NCBI GenBank assembly: GCA_031835245.2
Contig: JAVKOQ020000087.1
Coordinates: 124,001 to 186,412, forward strand
Reading direction: 5' to 3'
From: Balamuthia mandrillaris
Taxonomy: Eukaryota
DNA length: 62,412 nt
The stretch's first letter is position 1. Every line of letters begins with the position of its first letter. The position numbers and the translations under genes were made by a program. Positions 25,460-40,512 of the stretch are shown here, piece after piece. The notes under the pieces were generated by a model. It searched no databases and was not told the DNA's origin. It worked only from the letters and a program-made list of their open reading frames with translations.

Positions 25460-27718
25460 ATGGAGATGACGACCGTCACCGTTGACTCCGAACATCTTGG
25501 CCTGGCAACCAAGATGGTACGTTTGTCTCTGGAGGGAGTTGACAACTCTTCGCTTCAGACTTGCCCAAGTTAGATGAAACAGAGCAAACAACTCACACAC
25601 ATTACCACACCACTACACTTGGCGGTTTTTCCTCGTTGCATTGGCTCCTTTACTTTGACCATCTTTATCCTTTTTTCTTGGTTGCATTGGCTTAACTGCT
25701 TTGCCTCCAATCCCTCTCTCCCTCTCTCCCTCTCCCTCTCTCTCCCTCCCTCCCCTCTCTTTGTCACTTTAAATGCTTGCCTCCTCTTTATTTTTTTTAG
25801 CAGGACGGCCATTATGACCAATACAGCACTAGCCGGCTCTCAATCAAAGAGCTTAAAAATCGCGAAAAGGACATGGATGAACTCCATGCTGCCCAGAAGT
25901 CCACTGCCGAGTTTCAAAAGCGACGAAAGGGCCTAAAGCAAACCATCAAAAGGCGAGAGAGAACGCTTGCAAAGCAAGGTAGTTTCTTTTTCATTTTCCC
26001 TCTTTTTTACATCTCAGTGCTGGGAGCTAATGGGCACTTTTTCTTTTTCTTCATATGAAGTTGTTTCTAGAAAACCTCGAGGAACTAGTAGAAATGCTCA
26101 AAGGGGCACTCCTCCTGATGAAGAGGATGAGGAGGCAGTGGAGGAGACCTCAATGAAGAACAAAGGCTTGAGCAAGAGGAAGACGAGCCAGAGAAAGAAC
26201 AACAACAACTGTCCGTCCACCTCATTGTTGCCTAACAGGCCACCAGGCGCGAGGCATCCCGCTGTGCCCAAAGCCTAGCAGAAGCATGTACAACGAATAT
26301 TTATGCCGATCCTCACGTTGTACATGCTTCTGCTAGGCTTTGGAAGAACCCAACACGCGGGTAGCTGTTGGAGCCAGAGGTGCTAGGCCAGCAACTGTTA
26401 CCACTGCTATCCCTCTAGGCCAAGTTCAGGTAGCAGCTTCACAAAAGAGAGCGGTTACAACTACAGGGCCTAGCACTAAGCAAGGTACTACCCCATTCAA
26501 AATCAATAGATGGTGTACAATCCATAATAACAGTGGTTTTATTTTTAAATGCAGGAGCAAACCTACAAAGCTCAAAAAGAAGAAGGGTTTTGACGCCTAG
26601 CCATGGAGCCACGCCAGAGGAACAGGTTAGATGAATGAAACAAAATGTAACAAAGAAGTTTGTTAACAATTGTCCTCTTTTGAAGAGATTATTAAATAGA
26701 TTACTTCTTTGTTTCCCTTTCCGAGCAGCAAAGGACTTTCAATATCTGTCTGATGTTCCTCTTTCTTTCTTCACATCCCTTCTAAACCGATTAGCACCAA
26801 TAGTCTCACACTCATGGGACGGAAGGTTTGCAAACTCGTCGCAATTCAATTGCAGCACTTTCCCCTGAGTTGGAGCTCTTTCTCGCTCTGCACCGCCTTC
26901 GCCATGGTCACACTTTGGGACACACCGCCATTATCACCAAGCAGAGCAAGGCCACATTGTCTCGTTCTTTTGCCAAGGTCACTTCCCTTCTATCAAGCTT
27001 CTTTCAAATGCTCAACTTGGTGTCATTGCCAATCATCACCTTCCCGTCGTCTTCATCATAACGTCATTTACTCTGAAGACACAGAGATTGCTTTGATTGT
27101 GGACGGGTCCCATCAACCTATTCTAAAGCCTTCTGACAAAAATACTCGATGTGGTTACTGGAGTGGCAAGGTACTTTCTATCCTCGCTGGCTGGTTTTTA
27201 TTTGTACCCACTCATGGTAACTTGCTCCTGTTCGTTTTCAGGAACAAGATTTCACCATTTTAATACTTGCCTTCATAACTCCTACTGGTTGGGTATCAAG
27301 TCTAAGTGGCAGCTTTCCTGGAAGCATTGGCGACAAGGGCATCTGGAATGTGCTTGGAGATGATGGACCATGGAATGCATTGGAAAGCTGGGGGGCAATA
27401 TGTGGCGATAAAGGATTTGTTGGCATTGAGCATGATCATCGTGCTGTGGTTTGCAAAAAGGCTCCGAAGAACGGTACTCTTTCAGAGGCTGACATCATGG
27501 AAAACAGTTATGTGAGCAGTCTACGAGTGCGCGTTGAAAATACCTTCGCCAGAATGAAGCAGTGGAAGGCGTGCCGGCAACGTAGAATGAACCTCGCCTC
27601 GCATCAACAAATGTGGAATGTTATTGCCTCGTTGGTAAACTTGGCATGGCTGGGCTGGGACCTTAGCAACTGGGAAAGTGGTGAAGACGGACTTTTCTTT
27701 CTTCATAACACCTCTTGA
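25460..27718 (+). pseudogene. PIF/Harbinger/ISL2EU-type DDE transposase, intron-containing and frameshifted
   Basis: HTH-like LSPELELFLALHRLRHG...SKATLSR, then IVDGSHQPILKP, YWSGK, FPGSIGD, GDKGF and RVRVENTFARMKQW (DDE_Tnp_4 triad). Frame breaks occur near 26820 and 27050. The 5' exons (25460-26700) are uncertain. Confidence 0.8.
26268..26343. repeat. Perfect 28-bp inverted repeat with 20-nt loop
   Basis: CCAAAGCCTAGCAGAAGCATGTACAACG (26268-26295) and its exact reverse complement (26316-26343). Confidence 0.97.
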
Positions 27719-27770
27719 GTGCATACTGGCGAGAGAGAAAGTGAGCGAGAGAGAGAGCGCACGAGAAAGG

Positions 27771-27801
<31 letters not shown>

Positions 27802-27820
27802 CAAGAGAGCAAGAGAGCGA

Positions 27821-28204
27821 GTGCATGTTTTCTGTTGTTGCTTTCCCCCCGCCCCTGTGCTGCTGTTGGGGGGTTTGTTGCTTTTTAAAAAAGGGTATTT
27901 TAGGAACATTGTAGAAGAAGTTCCGCAAATTGTTCGTCAGAGACCTCTTTGATGGAGGTCCTTTGTAGCAACTCGGCCAATCTGCATGCCAGTTGATGTT
28001 TACACTTTGGTGAATGATTCAAGGAGAGAAGAGGACGGAGAACAAGGGAACAGGAGGAGGCAGCGAAGAAGGCAGAGAAACCAAACAGCAGAGGGGAAGA
28101 ACGAGTGAGCGAGAGCAAAGTAATGGATGAAGAAGAGAGCAGAGAAGACGAGAATGAAAAGAAGAGGAGGAGAAGGAGAGAGAACCATGAGTGAGCCTCG
28201 TTTC
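27821..28204 (-). repeat. Direct repeat copy 2 (the 3' end attached to the intact ZSWIM7)
   Basis: Matches 23044-23493. Confidence 0.95.
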
Positions 28205-28710
28205 AAGACGTGATAGTCAAAGGCCTCGCAGGAACAGTAATGGGAGAAGCATATGTAGTCCATTCTATTTTTGCGATGGGAGGGCAACCGGAAGAAAGAG
28301 CGACCGCTGGGTTGTGCCACCACCTGCACTACTCGATTCCTATCGATGATGTCCAGGGCAGCAAATAGTGTAGTGGAAAACACAAAGTGCAACCTGCAGA
28401 AAATGAATCTCTCCGCGATGAGCAAAAAATGGAGGGGACAAAAAGGAAAGGTCACGTAAAGGAAAACCGTACGACAACAGGTTCTCATTTGACACTGCAC
28501 CAGAATGCCTCCATTAGCAGACTTTGAGAGAGGAGAGGGAAACCAAGTGATCTACGTACGCCCTTCCTGTTGAACCTGGGAAAAAAGTTCTTCCACTATC
28601 TGCTCCAACGAAGGAAGAGGGGGCGTCAACGAGGTTAGCGCCTCCCACCGTTCATCTTCCTTAGCGCTGCTTCCCATGCCGAGCCGCTCATGTCCCGCCT
28701 GTTGTTGCAT
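27900..28710 (-). CDS. ZSWIM7: SWIM zinc-finger recombination protein ZSWIM7/SWS1 (Shu complex), spliced
   Basis: ALDIIDR..V......SGRSFF......Y.C..HYCSCEAF.Y.VL....M|CKHQLA, which is the SWIM CxC...CxH motif in a ZSWIM7-like context. Confidence 0.85.
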
Positions 28711-28875
28711 TTTAACTTTTTTTTTTGTTCACCTTTAAATTTTTTCCTGGAAACTAATTATTAATAACAAATATGACTTTGTTTTTTTTAACTTGGTTGA
28801 ATTTATTTATCGTAGTCCTTTAGGGGCTATAAAAAAAGAATGGGTTTTCAGTCTATGGGCTGAAGACGAAATGCT

Positions 28876-34092
<5,217 letters not shown>

Positions 34093-34249
34093 CACCGTCT
34101 CTTTTCTTTCTGGTCTTCGCTACGTTTTTCTTTTCAAATTTCCCTCAAATTGTGGACAACCTAAGCACACCATATGACCGGACTGTGAAATTTCGTGGCC
34201 TGGATCAGGACGTCCCGACACTTACCTGGAAGGGGCGAGAGAGAAGAGA

Positions 34250-34600
34250 ATGGCAGAAGCTGAGGCGGAACAGTTGGGACTCTCCACCAATGCTGCTTTT
34301 TATTCGGTGTTGGGTATTGTTTTCCCTTTTCCTCTCCCCTTGGTAAGTTACTCAGTTGGTTTGTTTTGATGGGCAACAGCCAACTCCTTTTGGTTGGTAA
34401 CGGTGGGCATGCTTTGGGGTTGCACCAACCCATTTATCAAGTTGGGAAGCAGGGGAGTGCAGGATCTTGACAAACGGTCGCACCCACTGCTTCAGTTCCT
34501 GTCGGAAACTGTTTATCTCTTTACACGATGGCAGGTTTGTTTTTCTCTTTTTCCTGATTGTCTCTACTCTCGTTCTCCTCTTCTAGTTGTTGCTCTTGTA

Positions 34601-34640
<40 letters not shown>

Positions 34641-35306
34641 CGTACCATCCTCGTGCTAACGGAGTTACACGTGTAGTATGTACTGCCATTCGCTATCAAC
34701 ATGATGGGTTCCGTTCTCTTCTTTTGGTCTCTTGGAAGTTCAGGTGCACATTCCAAAACACTCACCCTTTCTCGCTGTCTCTTGCTTCTTCCTCTGCTGC
34801 CTCTTTTTCTTGTTATTATTATTATTATTATTATTGTTGTTGTTGTTCTTCTTCTTCTTCTTCTTGCTCTTCTTGTTCTTCTTGTTCTTCTTCTTCTTCT
34901 TCTTCTTCTTCTTCTTCTTCTTGTTCTTGTTCTTGTTCTTCTTCTTCTTCTTGTTCTTCTTCTTCTTCTTGTTGTTGTTCTTCTTCTTGTTCTTCTTCTT
35001 GTTCTTCTTCTTCTTCTTCTCTTTGGCTTTCTCACTAAGACTGAATCACAATTTTGTCTTCTCCAGATATATCATTGGTGGTTCCGATTACCAACTCTTT
35101 GACATTCTTGTTCACTACGCTTACAGGCCAGCTTCTTGGAGAGAAGTCACTCGCTCCTGGTACGCATCTGTTTTTCTCGCTGCATTCAATTCAACCTGTA
35201 GCGCCAACTTCAAGCATTTGTTTTTGTATTTTTGATAGGTGCTTACCTGGGCATGCTTTGTGTTCTCTTTGGCATCTCCATTTGTGTGCTCAGCAAAAGT
35301 GTGTAA
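34250..35306 (+). CDS. TMEM234: TMEM234-family small drug/metabolite-transporter-like membrane protein, spliced
   Basis: VGMLWGCTNPFIK, W|YVLPFAINMMGSVLF and DISLVVPITNSLTFLFT..TG.LLGE. Confidence 0.88.
34812..35020 (+). repeat. Compound trinucleotide microsatellite (TTA)n(TTG)n(TTC/TTG)n in a TMEM234 intron
   Basis: Read directly from the sequence. It is the source of the spurious poly-S/L/F/R ORFs here. Confidence 0.95.
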
Positions 35307-35329
35307 AAAAGTGGTTTCTCAAGATAGAG

Positions 35330-35366
<37 letters not shown>

Positions 35367-35699
35367 CAGAGAGCAGAGAGCAGAGCGGAGAGAGGGGAGC
35401 GGAGAGAGCAGAGAGGAGAAAGGAGAGAGCTGAGAGACGAGGTCACAATGTGGTCGTGTCGACCAGCCCTTTAAATTAAATTTGTTTTATTATTATTTAT
35501 TTTTATTTTTTCTGCCCCAAAAAGTAGTCGAGGAGGAGGAAGAGCCACACCGTCCGCACACGACCCCGTTGCTGATCTACTCGAGGTTTGCTTGTTTTTT
35601 TTTTGCTTTTCGTTGCTTCTTCATCTTCTTTTTTGATTCTCTTTTCGTTTTTTTTTTGACCCTCCTTTGATGAAATCGAATAAAAAATAGGAAAACAAA

Positions 35700-36647
35700 A
35701 TGGCAGCGAACATCGATTTCACTATTCGCAGCTGGGCTGATTTTGCCACGCAAGGCTACTCTGCGCCGCAAGGAGCGCCTGACGTGCAGAACCGATTGCA
35801 ACAGAACCCCAAGTTCTATGTCGCCAATTACACCGTCGTCATCGCTGCTATTGTCCTTCTTACCAGGTTTCGCTGGAACTTTTTCCCCCTCTATCTCTTT
35901 CTCCCTTCTTCTTTATTGTTTCTCTTTCTCTCTTCTTTTTCTTCCTTTTTTTCCTCGATGTTGTGTGTTAATCTTTTGGTTGTTCAGCTACTTCTACACA
36001 GAACTCTTTGCCACCATTTTGATCGTAGGCATCACGGCAGGCATCTTGTTCTTCTTGAAGGATCAAACCCTCCAACTCGGTGGTGTGGTCATTACCCCTA
36101 CCATGCAGATCGGCGCCCTCGTTGTTGGTACGATTCTCTCTGCTCACGCTTCTCTCGTTCTGCCGTTCTCTTTTCTGTATTTCCTATTCTCCTCGCTGCT
36201 CTCTCTGCCTGGTATTCTCTCCTTGTTGTTCTTTCTTTAATATATCATTATTCAGAGGCTCTGTTGGTTATCTACATTGCTGATAGCTTCCAGCCATTGC
36301 TCTATTCCTCACTCTTTGGTGTTGTGGGCACGTAATCCTCCTCATACGCACTCAATTCATGAACTTTATTCTTATTTTGTTGGTTTTTTTTTTTTACAGT
36401 ATGTTTGGGCCATGCTGTGATGAAAGAGGCTCAAACCGCTGTGGGAAGCTTCAAGTCTAGCATCAAGGGCGCTGGCGCCAAGGCCTCCTCCTTTGTCAGC
36501 GATGTGAGAACCGACATCCAAAACGAATTCCACAAGGTACATCAGCGTTCTTTCAACAACAAACAAAAAAAAAGTTGCAACCTGTACGTTCATTCTTTAA
36601 CCGTTGTACTAATTCCTCTCCTTTTTGGCATCCACCAGCGCGACTAA
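35700..36647 (+). CDS. PRA1-family (prenylated Rab acceptor) membrane protein, spliced
   Basis: IRSWADF......P.......RLQQN..FY.ANY, two hydrophobic hairpins, and the later HA motif (LGHAVMK). Confidence 0.75.
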
Positions 36648-37202
36648 AGCAAAGCAGCATTCATTCATTCATTCTTGCAGCGGCTTTCTTTTCGTTTCAT
36701 TTTGCTGCATGGGGATGGGGTCCCATTGTACACGAGTTCTTTCAATACATTTCACCTGTTAGACATGAGATTAGACATGAGAGTTCATCGAAGCTAGTCA
36801 TGACGACATTAAATGTAATTTCATGACGACACGGAAATGCGTTAAGCGGAAAGCAACTGGCGGAGAGAGCAAACTGATCTTCATGAAGCTTCTGCGAGGA
36901 GGCTCATGCTGGGGCTTGTCCACGACTCACTTTTCTCATTGCACGAAAGCAAAGGAGCGACACTTTTTTCGTTGTTTTGAACTAAAGGTTGGTCATTTGC
37001 TTGTGACACCAAACACACTCAAATAGTTCCTCCAGATGTTCATCCATCTTTTTGTGTTCAGTATCACACGCGCCTGCGAGGCTCTGTGAGCAGCAGGAGC
37101 CACTTCATTCAATCTGAGGGCACTTCGACGATCTTTCTTCGTAGAACACCGAAGGCACAACCCTTTTGCTTCAAAAGACACTGCTGGAAACGCTCCTTGG
37201 CA

Positions 37203-38239
37203 ATGGAAGACAGTCTCCCAAGGCTGAGGGCGGTGGCCCTGGACTTTGACAAGACCCTCACTGAGTCGGACACAATTCAATGGGTAGTTGAGGAGTCCAT
37301 CAACTCATCCAGAGACAAAGATGCCAAACGCGCTAAATGGGAGGAGCTCGTCGCCATTTACAACGCAGCTGTGCGGGACTACATGCAGACACTAATGGAA
37401 GAACAGCACCACTCCCCGTCTAGCGATGAACAGCAAAGACAGCAACGCCTGCGCGCTTTCTTCGAGGCACAAGCCAAAGCGGAACACACAACGCTGCCCT
37501 ACATCCAACAACACAAGTTATTGAGCGGAGTGACAAGAGAGCGGTGGCGGAACCTGTGGCGTAAGTGTGGAGGCACGCTGCAGGCGAGCGCGGTGGACAC
37601 ACTGGCTGAAATGCGTGCCAGCACTCGCGGTCAAGTGGAGTTCTACATCCTGTCTTCAGGGTGGAACAAGGAATTTATTTGGGGGTGTGCCCAGCTGCAT
37701 GGCTTGGTCGCTTCTCCTGACCACATTCTCAGCAATGACACCGTATATGCTCCTATCGAGGAGGGGGGCCATACCACCGGAGAGCTGACTTTGAGCTTTG
37801 TCACTGCTTTTGACAAAGAAGCTTGCATTAAACGATTACAAGCTCAACATGGTATGTTACTTCTTTCCTATCTCTTCTTGCATCGTTTTCTTGGTTTGTA
37901 TGTTTTTTTTTCTCAACACCTCTTTTTCTTTCTGCAGGACCGTTGATGTATGTGGGAGACTCACTGAACGACTTGTTGGCATTGATGGCGGCTGATGTGG
38001 GCGTGTTGTTGTGCCCATCCAAAAAGACAGAAGACGAAAATAAAATGGAGGAGAAAAGCCACGTAATGACAGTGATGGAACGGTTTGGTGTTAGGTACCG
38101 AACCATTGAGGAACACATGAAGCTCCTAAAAGAGACCGAACTGAGCGGTGAAGGAAAGGAGAACGCTGTCATACTTGCAACCTCTTGGACCCAGATAGGC
38201 GAACTGTTTCGGTTGTACACACAAAGACCAACAAACTGA
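37203..38239 (+). CDS. HAD-superfamily phosphatase (UPF0655/TH2-HAD-like), 2 exons
   Basis: Motif I LDFDKTLTESDT, motif II ILSSGW, motif III DK and motif IV YVGDSLNDLLAL. Confidence 0.85.
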
Positions 38240-38284
38240 AAGTGAAGGTTAGAAACGGAACAAATTATTACAAAGAAAAAACAT

Positions 38285-40079
38285 TCAAAATTCCTCCTCT
38301 TCATCTTCATCTTCATCTTCGGTTGACTCTTCCGAGGACTCGGCAAGATCATCCAAGTGGATATCCTGCCGTGGATGCTGTACCAACAATTCGTAGATAT
38401 TTTGTGGAATCTGTCTTACAAACTGAACGGCCACCGAAATGATGAGCTGTGCATCAAGGTCTGACTTATCGATGATCTGGGGCACGTTTGGGTTTTCCTC
38501 CTTCAGCAATTCTTCTCGATGAATGACGATACGAGCCACCGTGAAGAGAATGTTGAGATGCATACCAAATGCCAACATCATGTCCCATAACTCTATGATT
38601 TGGTCCAACGGCCGCGAACAAGCGTTGAACGTGAGAATGTCTTTTTTGAGGATAGATTGAAATTGTAAATGGCTCTGAGCACAGAGAAAAGAGGGAAGAA
38701 AGACAGAGAAGAAAGAGCAAGGAGAAAAGAGGAGAGCAGAGAAACATTGAAGAGAAGCAAAGGAACAGAAGGAAACGTACAGGGAGTGTAGAGGTAGGGT
38801 GATACACCACACTTGTTGAGATGGTCGTAGAGAGGAGAGTCCACTATCTCCAAACACAGTTGCACTAAGCGCACAGCTGGCTTCACCGACCAATGTTTCT
38901 CCTCTGATTCCTCTTCTTCTTCCCCTTTCTCTCCAGCTTTCAACTTTTCTTCCACTTGCTGTTGGTCCGTTTTCTTGCTCCGATAATACAATGGACAATG
39001 AGAGAGGACTAACTCTCTCAAGCAGTGAAAGGCATCCAACTCGGGCATTACATATAAAAACATAGCCGCCACCGTGTTCAATCCTTGTACATATGCTATC
39101 CGTTGGTTGCGTGCTTCCCTTTCATCTGGGTGAAGAAGCATGAAGTAAGGATAAGTAACCACCAGAAAGAGAAAGAGAAACGACGAAAGAGAAAGAGAAA
39201 ACAAGCAAAAAGACATAGGCGGCTACTGCGATGAAAGAAAAGTGTACCACAAGAACGAAGGAATACGTTCAAAACTCGACTCAGCTTCTGTTCGGGCACC
39301 CTCTGTTTAAAGTCCGTGACCTTGCCAAAGCCGGTGCGCCCAATGTCCTTCCTTATCTGCAGGTACGCCTCCGAGAGCTCTCCCCCATAGGCCCCCTTGC
39401 GCACCCACTCCACGTAGCGCCGGGCCTCCAGGGAGCCCCTGATGCGCAGCAGGACCTTCCACACCTTGGCCCGCAGGCTGCACGTCTCGGTGGCCCTTCT
39501 CCTCTCCGACTCTGTCTCTGGGGGAAGTCCCCCGACCAACACCAACTTGCGCAGGTTGTAGAGGTTGACATCGATCTCTGTATCCCCTCCCTCCCTCCCT
39601 TCCTGCAACAGCGTCTCGTAGTCCACCCGTAGCTTGGATTCAAAGGGGGAAAGTGTGCCGGCGAACGACGAGCCCTCGTCAGAATGTTTTTCTTTTGGGG
39701 TTATCAACGCTTTTGTTGATGTTGTTTGATTAAGGGAGGAAGAATTGGAACGGGGTAATTTTTTGGGGCTGGAAGGAGGAGAGTCTGCAAAGAAGTCATC
39801 TTCGTCGTCGTTGTGGTTGTTGTTGAGAGAGAGTTGACTTCGCAGCTTTTGTTGTAATGTGTTTGGTGTTTCCTCTTCCTCATCGCTGTCACCAACCACA
39901 AAGTCATCGTCGTCGTCCTCCTCCGCTTTGGCGGAGGGGCCGCCTCCACCTCTGCGACTTCCAGTTAGATGGGGTTTGGGGGATAGCACAACGCTACTGG
40001 CAGAGGCCCTTTGGTTGACATAGTTCATGCCAGCAGCCTGTTGCAGTTCCTTCCATTGCGTCAGGTCGATGGTCTTCAT
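38285..40079 (-). CDS. BUB2: Bub2/Cdc16 TBC-domain GAP (mitotic exit/septation), 3 exons
   Basis: LRAKVWKVLL, QIRKDIGRT, YVQGLN, MPELDAF...CPLY and PLDQIIELWD..LAFGMHLNIL. Confidence 0.85.
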
Positions 40080-40145
40080 CTTTCTGCTTCTCTTTTGCTC
40101 TCTTTCTTTTTTTTTTTTGTAATTTCAACAGAAATATATTGCGAT

Positions 40146-40270
40146 TACTGGGGTTCGATCGCGCGGACGCCTATCCTCAGTAAAAAAAATTATTCGTTTT
40201 CACCAGGATTCGAACCGCAGGAAAAAAAAAGAGAAAAACTTACGGTAAGCACTGGGATTCGAACCGCAGC
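40146..40270 (-). repeat. Three dispersed B-box-like (GGTTCGAATCC) repeats
   Basis: GGATTCGAACCGCAG at 40206-40220 and 40255-40269, plus a degenerate GGGGTTCGATCGC at about 40150. Confidence 0.7.
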
Positions 40271-40512
40271 TTAGGCGATGGCCCGTCTTTGCCCTCCTGC
40301 TACAGGTAGAAAATGGCACTGCGGAGGCGGCTGTTTCTGCCATGAGGGGTACTCTCTTAAAAGTGGAACTACTTTGAATATTTTGATTGGAAGTAATGGG
40401 TTTTTCCAGGATGGGGGGTCACGGCATTTTTGGCCGCTAACTTTTTCTTTCTTTGTTGGTTTTTTTTTTCATTTTATTTTTTGAAGAACAAAGAGAAATA
40501 AAAAAAAGAGCC

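Larger units (their letters stand above)
23494..27820. mobile_element. Decayed PIF/Harbinger(ISL2EU)-like DNA transposon region; true termini not identified
   Basis: Contains a DDE_Tnp_4-type transposase remnant on + and a divergent stop-riddled frame on -. It is bounded by the ZSWIM7 3' direct repeats. Confidence 0.6.

Noticed and set aside
34583..35235. Poly-R/L/F/S ORFs
   Set aside because: They are produced by an intronic trinucleotide microsatellite in TMEM234.
40146..40310. Possible tRNA gene
   Set aside because: Only T-loop/B-box-like motifs are present. I could not build acceptor, D or anticodon arms.
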